From NCBI GenBank assembly GCA_051294905.1, contig CM119374.1, positions 14,136,001-14,200,000 of the forward strand: a DNA stretch of 64,000 bases. The letters run 5' to 3'. The notes beneath the pieces were generated by a model. That model searched no databases. It saw nothing but the letters and a program-made list of their open reading frames with translations, and was not told where the DNA came from. The position numbers were made by a program, and so were the translations under genes. This document shows, in pieces, positions 13,916-27,502 of the stretch (its first letter is position 1; each line of letters starts with the position of its first letter). The stretch is from Botryllus schlosseri. Lineage: Eukaryota.

Positions 13916-14375
13916 CAGTGGTTTTCAACTTTTATTTACCTTACGAGCTTTCAATATTCGAAATTAACCCATATTGCAATACAAATGTATGCAACTACAA
14001 AGTATACATTTTACGCTGCCTTTTGAAATTACACTAGTTATTCGTGGCTCTATTGAACTTTCTGCGCGCGAAGTGCTGTTAAAAATCACTGCGCCATGCA
14101 GAATAATACGTTTCAAATTTCGAAATCAATTCAAAATTTCATATTTCCTTCATCTCATTATGAGAGCTTCTTGGAGGTATAAAACTTCAATATACAATTG
14201 GATAGTATATTTTCATTTCAATATTAATATACTATTCAAGTGTTTATCTCATAAATGGAAAAGCGTCCGAATTCTTGCATCTTGGAATTGAGATAACAGT
14301 CCAATTAAATTGGCGCCGACAGGAAACTTGCTACGGACAGACTTCGGTCCGCGGACCGGCGGCTGAGAACCACTG
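13916..14375. mobile_element. Charlie-type hAT MITE (degenerate)
   Basis: Ends CAGTGGTTTTCAAC and ...CCGCGGACCGGCGGCTGAGAACCACTG. Flanks do not match, so the two ends may belong to different copies. Confidence 0.55.
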
Positions 14376-15799
14376 TCCACGGTATACACTATAATTCTTA
14401 TTGATAAACTAACTCCTTGTGGAACGGGGCGTCTAACTTCAGTACTCGGATAAATCATCTCATCTCTTGCTACTCGAATCATTGCGATCAGCCCTCGTCA
14501 CGAATTGCCGTGTGATTTGTAACAGCTGACACTACAACTCGATCAAATTTCGATCTACGCTGCACCGGCGAGGTGCTTTCGAACTGAAAGTCCCGAAGAA
14601 AAGCATAAATACATAGAATTTCCAGCTGAAGTCCGACTTCCTGATGCGTCACCTGACCGAAAGCCTCGAAATTTTAATGACAGTCATTTCTCGCGATAAA
14701 GAGAAATCAGCATTGAATTTTAGACCTGGCGTTGAATCAATTATTTCGCGAACCCCGAAATTCCGCTACATGCTGTAATTATGCGAAGCACATCGCGAGG
14801 AGCAGATCAATAGCAAAACAATCACACGTGTAAGTACTGAAGCTAGTATCGTAAAGCCAACGGTTGTGATTAGTTGGGGTAACAACTGATCAACATACCA
14901 TTATCGCCTTGATTGTATGCCGGTAATGAGCGTTAATTAGGATTGCGAAAAAAAGGATCCGTAGATTTCCGCCGGAATTACAAATAATTAGTAATTGAAT
15001 GGTATATTCATGTTATTTCCAATTGTCTACTAGTTGCTGATGATTACCCCCTGCCTAGTGCCAGCCGAAAATATTCGGGTATATTTCAATATGAATATTC
15101 TATTCAATTGTATAACTAGGTACTGTGACTCCAAGCCTTTTGTATCCTGATCAGTATTCGAAACATACTTGGATTTAGCATGATAAGAATAAGTACTGAA
15201 TCTGGATAGGATAATACAAGATTCGCACATCTCCGCAGCACGCCATAACCCAACAGATATTATCGTTTCTTGGCACTGACATATCGACCGACGACTGCAT
15301 ATCAATACCCCGATGGTAATAATCGTGCGAACAATACCACGAAATGAAATACCGTGGCATACCGAAGACGGATGACGCAAGAGTGCCATTCGCGTAACAC
15401 TTTTTCGCTGTGAATCGTGCGGTGAAAATACGCACGACTCTGTCAATCAATTGCCCGCGAGTATACAGATCTGACCAGAGCTGGTAATTTGGTCAACTAG
15501 AGTATTTTAGGCTTTTCAAAGTATGAAGCATTTAAAATTATAGCTGCGCAGTTTTCTTCCGAATTCGATTATGACTATAAATACTGACTTCGCAAGTTCA
15601 GCTAATATCAAATCTGAATTCAAGTTTTCTCGTAGTACGGTGGCATAGCGTACCCGAACTACAAGATACATGACTGAAGATGATGAATACGGTCATAACG
15701 ATGATGGTAACACAGGGGGAAAAGTCAAAGGAATTCGATGCTGATACAACCGCACACAAATTGAGCTAGTGACAGTTTAAAATCGCCTCGCCGTGACAA

Positions 15800-16570
15800 T
15801 GAACGCGCCGCAGTATGCAAAACAACGAGCACAATACTTATGAAGCAAAAACGACGTGAAAATACCTGGTTGCAGGTGTCACATTGAAAGTCAAGTCTAT
15901 TCAGTATACAAACACAGGAGCAATCCTTTGGAGTTTGGATTTCACACTACTGTTAACGTAAACTCAAGGCAGGCATATAATACGTGGCTGGATGCGGTCA
16001 GGCGTGTGATATCCGCAAAATTCGGATATTTTTTTCGAGGCAAGCGAAATCTTATTGTCACATTCCGGAACAGTGTGGTTGAATCGGAATATGTTCAATA
16101 CCGCGCCAACAAAGAACGGAAATGAATTCATGGTCGGAAGAATATTTGGTGTTCTAAAGGTTGAAGATATTTGGAAACTATAAATTTCCAAGTTCATGTA
16201 TCATTTCCGTTGCGGTTACCGCCTCAAAAATTCAATCACTTCTTCACCTCGGTATATGAAGGGCCTAAGTTCAACACACCTCGCCGATGTCCACAGACCA
16301 CATACAAGTTAAGACACAGCAGATTCTACTGAACAGCCAGCCAGCGCTCACGTGTACCGGCCAACGATCTGATATCAACCTCGCCTTCCGACTCATGCCA
16401 CCTCATTTTCATCGCTTGCCTTTCTATTTTATCTTCAGCTGCTTTTCGTTCAGTGTGCATGCCTCTTCTTTACACCGTTTAGAGGCCGGTCCCGCAGTCC
16501 GATTTTAAAGACTAACCCATGTTCTTCCGACACCGTCCTATCTCCCCATTGCATCTTGTGGTGTTTTGAA
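15800..16570 (+). mobile_element. Old LINE relic: possible ORF1 C-terminal remnant joined to the family 3' UTR
   Basis: 16390-16560 is a diverged copy of the LINE 3' UTR seen at 26120-26290 (TTCAGTGTGCATGCCTCTTCTTTACA). 15800-16170 gives only weak ORF1-like motifs. Confidence 0.45.
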
Positions 16571-18889
16571 AGGATAAAATTCTTGATAAACAGATGATGA
16601 TAATATTATAAAAATACACTGCATGTCAACAAGCCGATATGTAACAGTGTAACACTATATCTAAGGAATTTCCATTAGCGACTTCGCCTCAGATTGTGGT
16701 TTGGAAAACGCATGATCGCGATTCCACCAAAATGAAAGGAAATCTGTCGATCGGCAATGATATCGCCAGTATGACAATTCGCTCGGAATCACAGACAGAA
16801 GAAACAGAATTGGTGACCTACTTCCATATCCATATCACCTACATATCATACTCGCACGGTTTAGGCATAATATCGTCTAACGTTTACTGTGTGCGAACCA
16901 ATTAAACTTGGAATACTAGATTATTCTAGCTGCCCAACAAGACTAATTATACCAAAATACCGGTAATCTAATTTTTTTTAAATGTTTCCATACTCTAATT
17001 TCAATTCTAATCTCGTTTTTAGAGGTACAGGACTTCAATTGCGGTCTAATAGTATATTCAATAGAATTAACCATAAATTGATATGATCCTAATATGAACA
17101 TTGATTTTCGTAGTATCTCCATCTAATTCTAAATATAATTCAATTTGAAACAAAAGACTGCGTAGCTAAATTGTAATCCGAAAATTTTCTAGTCCGACCC
17201 CGGGACGAATTGCCTACCGTCATCGCTTACTACCTGCGTATGGAACACCATACACTCACGAAACACTTTCTGACGAAGCGAGGCTTCAGCGTTAATCTCG
17301 GTGCACTCGCGCAAATTAGGCATGAAGCCCTCGACCCACTGGGAGAACCACAGGCGTCAAGTTACGGACTCAAAACAAGACGCATCATGACTATTCCATA
17401 TCGAAATCCCATTTCACCATCAAACCGTAACGGACCAAAATGAAAACACCTCTCCTGGCGAATTTAAAACTATTGTACAGCCTGAACCCGGTAACTTTCT
17501 GTATCGTAGCGATCGCGCTATTTTTAATAAAAGATACTTCCAGAGATTGACTATCACTCGGGAAATATCGCATTCTGTATGTAACCTGCTTATTACTCCT
17601 CGCAATCGCAAATCTCAGTGCACGAAGTACTTCATTAGCGAATTATAACACCATCGTTATCGTATCAGTAAGATGACTAATTTCCAGCCAATCAGCGTGA
17701 TAATTCTTTTTCATTAGTTTAGCAATGTCTTCTTCATCCAAACTATATCGCGGGCCCTTTCTCAAGATGAAAACGCGCACAGAAATACGCATCGGGCACG
17801 CCTGGAACGCGATGATTGGTCATGGTCATGGTGAAGTGACGAAATTTGAGAACGTCAATGCTATTGTTTTATGAAATGTTTGAAGTTTCAAATCGATGTC
17901 ATTCCGCTTATACCTGTCGGAATTGAATCAAATTTTGCGTGCAATGTGGTTTTCGGCAAGCTAACAATTTCATCCGGTAGCAAGTGAAATTTAGAAAAGT
18001 GATATTTTCAACAGACTGAACATGCGCAATAGAACCAGCTGATATCGTGTTTTCGCGTCGATGCCGATAACACCGATAACTACCAACTTCGCCGCTAACC
18101 CCGATAACTTCAGGAGACATTCAAAAGATTGGCGCATTTCCAAAACTTCACGGCATTAATTTGAACAACTAATAAAGTGCATCTGAACAGCTACAAGCCA
18201 CTAAGAAATATATCCGTATTTCCGTTCTAGCAGTATCGTAGTATAGTTCTCTGACTACCCACAACCATGCATGGTATTTTTTCCTAGAATGGTCGATAGC
18301 GACATTTCTTTCAAAGTGTGATATCGCCTCCGTATTATCGGGAAAAAAGAATAATCAGTCGGGCTATAATACACACTCTCTTCACCTGATCCCACGTCTA
18401 CGAGAAACGACTCTGCCTGTTTCGCTGGTCAGCCAGCGTTATCGGGCTATTTACCGTGCATCCTATGCGGGTTCGTGGCACATCATCTTGCCATAAAATC
18501 GGATTCTCCGCCAACTGTGGCCATCGCAAACTACTAACGACTCGCTAAAACGCCGCAAGCGACACGGGAGTTCAAATGGCCGTGACGTTTCGAGACCGAC
18601 ATGACGTTAGCGCGATGCGGAGATCTTATCAATGACCGCAACAGGTCATGATTCGGAATCGATAGGGAGATTAGATACGCGTTTCTCATTCGTGCAGTAA
18701 TTGCCGTGAGGGTAGGCACGACTTCGCAGATTGCGTTTATGGGGCAGAAAATAAGTTCTCCGTAGCGCTACATCGGAGATTTGTTAAGCTGTGGTTTTCA
18801 CGCTATAATCCACCCGCGATGAGCAAGGATTATGTTTTCACGAAAACCGTAACGATGCTCCATTTCTTGCGCCTTTCAAACGGTTACTA

Positions 18890-19135
18890 GTGATCTTGGC
18901 CCCTAATCCTTATCCTAACCTACCCTTATCTCGTAACCCGAATACATTAATACATCCATACCACGAGTGCCAAGTGTCGAATTCACCAAATGCCAAATTC
19001 AACGTATTCATGACTTTCGGTGAAACGTTATATTCGAATTTATTAATAGGATATTGATGCATCGCTATCATGTTATTAATTATGTCATTTCTGATATGCC
19101 AAATTCACCAAGTGCTGAATCCACTGGTAACCTTT
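18890..19135. mobile_element. Decayed member of the foldback family found at 58336-59597
   Basis: CCTAA-type repeats followed by GCCAAATTCACCAAGTGCTGAATCCACTGGTAACC, matching the terminus GCCGAATTCACCAAGTGCCGAGTTCACTGGTAATC at 59563-59597. Confidence 0.65.
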
Positions 19136-20927
19136 TCAACGACGACTGAGTGATCCATATACGAACATGAATTTGCACAGTTCGTTTCCGTCGCATGATT
19201 TGGTCCTGGAAGTATCATCCTGTGAAATCGATACTGTCCCGATTGGGTGAGCAATAAGCATCTATGTTTAGCGTGATAGTGTTTTCAGCAAATTTCCGAA
19301 TATCGGCGCGCTATTTCTGGAGCCTGGTCCTTGTAACCCTGTGTTTTCTAAGTATAGATGATAACTCAATTCCATGCGCATGCGTTATCGCATTAGGATT
19401 AGTCGTCGCTACTTTTCATAGGCGATTGTGAGCTATTTCGGGCGTTAAGACGACGGCATCTGGGACCCGAAGTGGTACGATGTAGCGTCTATAAATGGCA
19501 TCAATGGTACCATGAGTAATCGAGACGGATGAGATTCAAGATCGAATCTGCATAGAAAGTCAAAAGTGCGGCATACCAGGAAGACAGTCCTCCGATACAT
19601 TTCTATGCCCCATCGCCAAGCCTTTGATATGTCGTGCATTTCAGTTCGCGGGCAGCAAGCCGTTTCACACACATATAAATTGCAATCAACATCTCGGAAG
19701 AGATACGTATTGTGCATTGGAGTATTGCTCTGTAACACCCGGGGAATTATCGATGTCAAGCACAGACAGCGTTGTAACAATGCGTCTGGACGGAGTTGAC
19801 GAATTATTGTTACAAAGAATTACAATCAATGTTGACACCACCCTTTTTACCTGCTGCTTACGTGCCTGATATCAGCCAATCGGATTTCTGTCAACATTTT
19901 GGCAGGTGAATAGTGTTTCAATAATATATGCTGTCGTATTGTGCAATAGACACAGGTCCTACGTCAGATGTATTATTGATTCGAAGTCCGGATTTTATAA
20001 GCTTGAGCGACTCCACTAAGTACGAAATCACATTGTTGCAAATGAATGTTAAGAAGCGGTGTAATCTGCGGTTTTCTGTCGCATATCTTACAATATTTAC
20101 ATTATTCACAACGCTCAAAGCAGCAAATATTTATCGCCGAGAGCAAACAAAAGGATTCGCCTTTTTACTATAACCTAAAAAAGGAGCCTTTTAACAGATG
20201 ACATAATGCTATATGTATATTTCTGATGCGACTATAGATTCACTAGCACACAAGGGAAGTAACAACTACCATTAACAGAGCCTGGCAGTGACTTGTAAAC
20301 ATTACAGGTCGATTTTACACCCATAAACTGGTTACAGTGTATCTAATCTGTATTCCTCTAAAACAGTTTATAGCTCAATAATAAGGGTATGAAATAAATT
20401 AGAGGTTTGTTCATATGCCACAAACTTTACGGTTGGATAACTACAATCCTATAGCCTACTTCACATATTGAGGAAATCCATCATGTTGCCTTTTATTTCA
20501 ATACTAAATATGAAAAGATGAAGACATAATTTTGACAAACAATCACAGTGGCTATATTTGCTTTTAACTAAGATGCATTGAAATTGGAGCATCGATAGTG
20601 TGCAAAATCTTATCTAGAGTGAATCAATCATTTGTGAAGTATTATCCTAGCGGCATGTTTACGAAACCGTGAATGCAGCAGTGATTGCATTTTGCCTGTC
20701 TGTTGACCAGCACTTTGGTGAATACTGTCAATAATTGATAATAAGTGAACTAGCTTTTTGAACTGGACACAGTTCATGATAGATACTGAAACCAATAGGA
20801 ATTATTCATTAAACCGTTGCAGTAACATGAAAATTTCATGACTAAATTTCTGTACAGGTCATAGAATATGCTTCTGATGATAATCACATAAACATGGATA
20901 TTAGACGACGCTAAGAAAGCACAATTA

Positions 20928-20983
20928 GCATTTTTGTGGTGTATTGAACTGATAAAAATTGCTAATAAACCAATGATGATGAT
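20928..20983 (+). mobile_element. Extreme 3' tail fragment of the local LINE family
   Basis: GCATTTTTGTGGTGTATTGAACTGATAAAAATTGCTAATAAACCAATGATGATGAT is nearly identical to 26305-26360. Confidence 0.75.
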
Positions 20984-21127
20984 ATGGGTCAGGCCGTTCA
21001 AAATTAAACTACATAAACCAATCTCAATTACTCATTCTAAAAATCTACTTGTTGGATACATTCTGCTGATGTTATGCCGGGCAGATTCAGTGTTGGATTT
21101 GACACCATAATCCTAGTACTATTGACT

Positions 21128-21314
21128 CTGTCAACTTCTAACTAGCACTTGACACTGTGGTGCATATCATTCATAACCGCTGACAGGAAATTGTCCTAAT
21201 AAACAAAAAGAACACACTGCTGTCAACTTCTAACTAGCACTTGACACTGTGGTGCATATCATTCATAACCGCTGACAGGAAATTGTCCTAATAAACAAAA
21301 AGAACACACTGCTG
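21128..21314. repeat. Perfect 92-bp tandem duplication
   Basis: CTGTCAACTTCTAACTAGC...GAACACACTG occurs at 21128-21219 and 21220-21311. Confidence 0.95.
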
Positions 21315-22572
21315 CTGTGTGACTGTCTGCAGTCAAGTTTCCCCTTCGATGACTAGCTCGCAACCTTTGAAATACTTCGCAAAGATTTCAATGATCTGTC
21401 GACATCGACAAATACTTGGTAATTTCTAACTTGGGAATAAATGCATCAGAATGATTCAACTATATACATCTACACTGCCAAGGATATTGCAAGCCATGCA
21501 CTATAATTTAAAGCTCTGCACTATACGATCATAGCACAGCTTCGACTTGAAGTGTCGCTGGCTATCCGATTCACAATTGGTTCAGTTAAATACGCACAAA
21601 CAAATATGTACACTACTATAGAATATATAATTTTTATTGCTATACATATTACAAGATTCTACAAGTAGTTTTAGATAGTTTTTAATCATAGGCTTGACAT
21701 CGCCAAGAATAAGTAGACACAAATATAGCCTGCACTTCAATCAATCAATGGACAGATTATATTTGACTTGACTAGTTCTACATTTTTGTCATCCATATTA
21801 GAGGTCGACTCTTGAACACCATTTCAACCTTAATATCAATGTTCTCAGTGTTATAATCTTAAAATTAATACACTGGTACTTCATGGGGGTGACGTGTAAC
21901 AAGGCCCCAGGTCTCAGGTCATATTGTCACCCCCAGTCAAATTTAAGGTTTGACAAAACAATAAATGTCTGTCTGTGATGACATTCACTAACTAAATAAT
22001 GCATTGATGCACGTACTTCCAGACGCTTCATATCTTTCAATTTTAAATGAGCAGATGGTAAATTTATGAATGGTTTTGAGAGAGGACGCTGTTGGCGGTG
22101 TAACCGCAAGCGGTATGTAATTGGAGTGTACAAATGGAATAACAAGACACCACACGAGAAATAATGTTTATAATTGGTGCATTATGCGGTGATGATGCGG
22201 TAGTTGCGGTCCGTTATATAACATATTATTCACCTAAAAACCTCTCCTTGCCAGTATGCCAATATCTCGATTGCCTGTATTCTGTTATTGATCATGACGC
22301 TCGCACCAGAACCTCATTAATCTGTCAGCTCATCAGCTGCGGTTTCTTTGCTAACAAAGCTGCAATCTGCCATTCGGCGACATGGCGCCACCCATAGGGG
22401 TAAATAGATATCTTGAATATAGCTATAACCATTGAGTTCACCATTACCATTGGTTTATTAGCAATTTTTATCAGTTCAATGCACCACAAAACTGCGATAC
22501 AGTGAGAAGATAGGAAGGTGTCGAAGCGACTTGGAGTAGTCTATGGAATCAGACACTCACCTTGGCCTAGGC

Positions 22573-23643
22573 CAGTAGTTTCCCACCTTTTTCGTCTCGA
22601 GGACCTCTTGGCCGATATTTGAGTTAAAATTCCCCCCTATGAAAAAGTTGTCTGTGACTAAAAAAAGGTGTTTTTCAACGCGCAACCATTTGTTGACTGA
22701 GCAATATGTGGTCAAATATATTTAGACATGTCCGAACTATGTGGAATGCGGACTGCATGCACTACATTTTGGTAAAATACGGGGGAGAGAGGTGACGATA
22801 AGCGCCTACCAAGCAGGCGGACTTGCTTCGATTCCCGTCGGAGGTTCATTTGGGCTCCTCTTCCCCTGCTGTCGCCGTAACAAAAAAAAAGCCCAGAAAA
22901 AAGACCCGAAGAAAGAAAGCACTCACAAGGAATGGAAAGAACTAGTAGAAAGGGCCGGAGCTTCAAAAAAAGATCAACATCGTAAAAGAACTGTGACATC
23001 GGGCACTCTAGGCCGAGGTGGATGTTTGAGTAAAGGATCGCTACTGATGCGTGTCGTTCGACATCCTCCTATCTGTTCGTTACATTGCATTGTGTCTTAT
23101 CGCATTGTACATTGTATGTGTAGCTTGTTCAGATGAAAATTTTAACCCAATGGATTGTATTGGATTGATTGAAATACAGCTAAATTTGACTTGTTTTTTA
23201 CCGGGTAGCCGCTAACGAAAAATAAATCACCCAAGTCCGCTTGCTTTGGCCTTGAGTTGAATCGATGAATTTAGTATGTATTTCACGTTAGCTCATATGT
23301 TGGCTTAAACAGGTAAACATTTCACCAGCGGCCTTGTGCTGAATTCAGCTTGACTTTTTCCTGCTTAATAGCAATTTGGTCGAGATCTGTCACGGGCTCA
23401 ACGAAATCGTCTCGCGAGCCTCACTTTATCAGGGCGTGTAATATCTACGGAAGGCATCTAAACATACACCTAGCTTAAAATACGCCAAAGAAACATTCAA
23501 TTGTAAAGAACTGGTTCCATACTTAACAGTTATATAAAAATCTAAAAACCTTGTGAACCCAGTGTATCTTCCGATGCAACCCGGCCGTAAGCCATAGATT
23601 CCCCCTAAGAATTTCAAAACTGCCCCTCGGTTGGGAACCACTG
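22573..23643. mobile_element. hAT (Charlie-like) MITE inserted in the LINE 3' UTR
   Basis: TIR CAGTAGTTTCCCACC / GGTTGGGAACCACTG; 8-bp TSD GCCTAGGC at 22565-22572 and 23644-23651. Confidence 0.9.
22780..23170 (+). mobile_element. Possible tRNA-derived SINE nested in the hAT MITE
   Basis: B-box-like CTTCGATTCCC near 22827; 3' part has a GAGGTGGATGT...ACATCCTC stem and a GATT-type tail. Ends are uncertain. Confidence 0.4.
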
Positions 23644-24160
23644 GCCTAGGCGATGTAAAGCGGAGGCATGCACACTGATTGAAAAGTAAAAGAAGATAGT
23701 ATAGAAAAAAGCAAGCGACAAAAATGGGGCGGCAGGCGATATCGATAGGCCAGGTCGTAGTCCGGTAATCTAATCCGGTAATAAGGATGGACTAGTATTT
23801 ATTTAGTGGTAATTGCTTGTATTTCGACTTGAATGTGGACATGCTCGTCGACTGTCGGATGGCCGGCGGGATACTGTTCCACAGACCACATGTCAGGTCC
23901 AGCATATTTGATAGAGCGATGATCTTTTTGGTCGATCATATGATATTTGGACGACGTGGACCCGCGTGTGTTGTAGCCTACTTGTGCGCTTTTGATTCCG
24001 AGGCAAAAAAGTCATCGAAATATTCGGGGCAACGACCGCAGTGGAACTGATACATACACTTGGCAATTTCTAGTTTCCGCATATCTTCTATGTGTAGGAC
24101 ACCAAATATCTTCAGCAGGACTTGTTGGGTGGAGAACCAGGCTCCGTTGGGGCCCTAGCT

Positions 24161-24601
24161 TAGGCTTACCATACGTCCTCTTTTAAGAGGATTTGTCCTC
24201 TTTTTTGACTTTTTTGAAAGTGTCCTCGGAGGACGCCCTTTTGTCCTCTTTTTTGAGATATTTTCCTCTTTTTTGAAAATTTAGGTAAGATTTAATGCAA
24301 ATTGCGAGTGATATGCCGCAAATTAGCACAGAATTGAAGCTCCGGCGGGTATTTCGGACTGAAAAAATGGTGATTTTAGGTCTGAGCGAAAAGATGACTT
24401 TTTTTTTTTTAGTCATCCACCTAGCATTGCGGTGAAAAAACGGTATTTCGAGCTCTGAGCGGAGAGATGACCTTTTTTTTAGTCAACCGGTCACGAAGTG
24501 TGAAAAATTCACCGGTTTTTGAGAATTCTACTCCGGTTTTGCAAGTCCCAAATTTCTGAAAAAGTGTCCTCTTTTTAGATTTCCAAAATATGGTAAGCCT
24601 A
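24161..24601. mobile_element. hAT (Blackjack-like) MITE inserted in LINE ORF2
   Basis: Perfect TIR TAGGCTTACCATA / TATGGTAAGCCTA; 8-bp TSD CCCTAGCT at 24153-24160 and 24602-24609; GTCCTC subterminal repeats. Confidence 0.9.
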
Positions 24602-24812
24602 CCCTAGCTATATGGTACGGAGTACCTTATGTTGTAGTTTTTGCAGTGGCTCGAGTGCAGTTTTACTGGCAGCCCCCCAACAGAGGATGTCATATTTTAA
24701 CTTCGAGTGGATTATACTGTGGAATATTTTCTTGACCAATTTATTCAACTGGAAAATGATCTTTGCGCTACGCGCGATTTTACGTGTATGGGCTTTCTAA
24801 TTTTAATATATA

Positions 24813-26752
24813 GGGGAGATGTGGTGCCGATGGATCACTGGGACCGAAAATACTTGAAAAATTATCTATGATAATTCCATGATTACACTCCGTGAGCTCG
24901 TCTACCATTGTTTGCTGGTAAAATCTTTCCTCCCATACAAAAAAAAAATTCGACGTGCGCGAGCTATGGAGTTTCTGACAGATGTTTTCTGTTTTGGGGG
25001 GGTGTAAACTAAATTTCGATCGACGCATACATTTTTCTCTGTAACCTTCAACACGAACAAACCAGCAATCATTGTTAATGTGAAGTGTAGGGTTTCTATC
25101 AGGTTATACAATGGCACATAAAATTTTATTCAATACTTTCCTTGAGTGGAATTTTTTTCGATTCTTTTATAAAATTCGTAGGGTGGGGACCGACGATACA
25201 ATAGCCAAACCAAGCAAAATAATCAAGCATACTAATCATGCAACAACTGAAACATGCCTACGTACAGAAAATCTTCATGCAATAATTGCATATGATATGT
25301 TTTATCGCTATAACGAGGTATTTGGAAGTCACAATGCCGATTTTCGGGCAATATGTATGTACCCTCAAATTTATAAGATCAGGCCTAAATCGAAACGTGA
25401 TCGCAATTGCTGACGGTAAATTCAAAAAATAACCTAACCGTTAATATCGCTGGTCAGCCCGTTTCCAACACAGATAATGCCAAATATCTCGGAGTTTTAC
25501 TGGACTCGAACATGTCCTGGAAGAGTCATATTCAGTCCCTAGAAACTAAATTATCACCGAAGTGCGGCCTGTTCTACAGCCTTGGGCGCTTCATGCCAGC
25601 ATGGGTTCTTCTGATACTCTTCAAATCCCTAATCCAATCGAAGTTACATTATGGCATCCTCTGTTGGGGGGCTGCCAGTAAAACTGCACTCAAGCCACTG
25701 CAGAAACTACAGCATAAAGTACTCCGAATCATAGCTAGGGCCCCAAAGGGTCCTGGCTGCCCATCCAATAAGTCGCTGCTGAAGAGATTCGGCGTCCTAA
25801 ACATAGAAGATATGCGGGAACTAGAAATCGCCAAGTTTATGTATCAGTTTCACTGCGGTCGTTGCCCCGAATATTTCAATGACTTCTTTACCACTGAATC
25901 AAAAGCGCACAAGTACAACACACGCGCGTCCACGTCGTCCAAATATCATATGATCGACCGAAAAGATCATCGCTCGATCAAATATGCCGGACCTGATGTG
26001 TGGAACAGTATCCCGCCGGTCATCCGACAGTCGACGAGCATGTCCACATTCAAGTCGAAATACAAGCAATTACTACTAAATAAATACAGTCCATCCTCAA
26101 GATTACCGGACCACGACTGACCTATCGATCTCGCTTCCCATGACATGCCGCCCTATTTTCTTGTCGCATTCTTTTTCTATACTATCTTCTTTACTTTCAT
26201 TCAGTGTGCATGCCTCCTCTTTACATCGCCTAGGCCAAGGTGGGTGTCAGATTCCATAGACTACTCCTTGTCGCTTCGACATCTTCCTGTCATTTCATTG
26301 TATCGCATTTTTGTGGTGTATTGAACTGATAAAATTGCTAATAAAACCCAATGATGATGATGATGATTTTATGGCAACATTTGAATTATAAATAATTCTA
26401 TTTTTCCACGGTCGCGACCAAACATTTTTCTTTGGCTTGCTGTAGCTTAGATTATAATACACAGAAGAGAAAAGTTGTCCCATCTTAGTTTTTGAGAGTA
26501 TGTCTCCTAGGTCCCCGGGTCGTGTGCCATTGAACCCACAGGGTGGGGACTGATGATACGTTCGAGCAACAAATTTTGAACGCTCATAAATATTTTGTGA
26601 AAAGACGGATATCCAATATCCATGCATGTGTGAGCAGTAGGTAGAGCTTGTATCAAAGAGCTGAGCCAGCAAAAGATCTGCTGTTTTCGGCTGAACATTT
26701 TGAGGCCAGCGGTCATTTTCCAATTTTTGATTCATCGGTACCACATCTCCCC
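24813..26752. mobile_element. Tc1/mariner-pogo-type MITE (TA TSD) carrying a nested LINE fragment
   Basis: TIR GGGGAGATGTGGTGCCGATGGA vs reverse complement GGGGAGATGTGGTACCGATGAA (20/22), flanked by TA on both sides. Confidence 0.85.
25403..26365 (+). mobile_element. 5'-truncated LINE (ORF2 C-terminus + 3' UTR + (ATG)n tail)
   Basis: Open frame with KYLGVLLDSNMSWKSHI, LHYGILCWG, LQHKVLRII and HKYNTR, typical of the post-RT region of CR1/L2-group ORF2; ends AATAAAACCCAATGATGATGATGAT. Confidence 0.9.
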
Positions 26753-27502
26753 TAGGTACAATCAGAAATTATTTTCAAAATGAATTAGGCACCGACGGCC
26801 GCACAAATTCCCTTCTACGGCCGCATGCGGACGTACGGGCGCAGGTTGCCCACCTCTGATCTAATAGCATACCTAAGGTATATCTTATGCCAATTTTGAA
26901 TCCGCATTCCTGTTGTTGAGTCTTTTACATTGCTGACAAATTTCCCCAAACTTGTTTGAAAATAACAAAAAAACATTGAACAGGACATCAATTAATTTCA
27001 AGATAGGTTGCACTGAGACTAATCCTGATGCTGGTATAGTGACTACAGAGAGCACGGCGTCGTTCTGTCCTGCCATGCTAAATTTGATCAGTTTTGGAAA
27101 GTAATTAATTGTGTTGATTTATAGCCTAATTGAGGGCGAAAACGGGCAGCCTATATTGCATCTAAGTCTGTCTGATGCAGTGCAGTTCGCCAGCTATTAA
27201 TAACAGCTTCCAAGCGCACCGAGATTTAGGCTACTGTCAAAACTATAAAGTAATGAATGACTTGCACGTAGGAATTGCTCTAATCTTCAAAGAATATCAA
27301 AAATTTGCTCAAATGAAGTTGAAGTCAGCCTATACTCCGTTGAGCGCGACTGCTGGAGTTTGAGTTTGGCAAGCTTTCTAGAATACGAAATAAGTTTAAT
27401 CTTCAACAATCGTCTTTTCAGAATGGTTGCGAAACACATGTTTATAGTCACAATTTATACAGACCTTGCCAATTTCTCGCTCCCCCCAGGTTGAGAACCC
27501 CT

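Larger units (their letters stand above)
22432..24715 (-). mobile_element. LINE (CR1/L2/Crack-like) 3' portion, split by two hAT insertions
   Basis: Reverse complement of copy 25403-26365 in three blocks (24715-24610, 24160-23644, 22572-22432), ending in AATAAACCAATGG. The blocks rejoin at the hAT TSDs. Confidence 0.85.
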
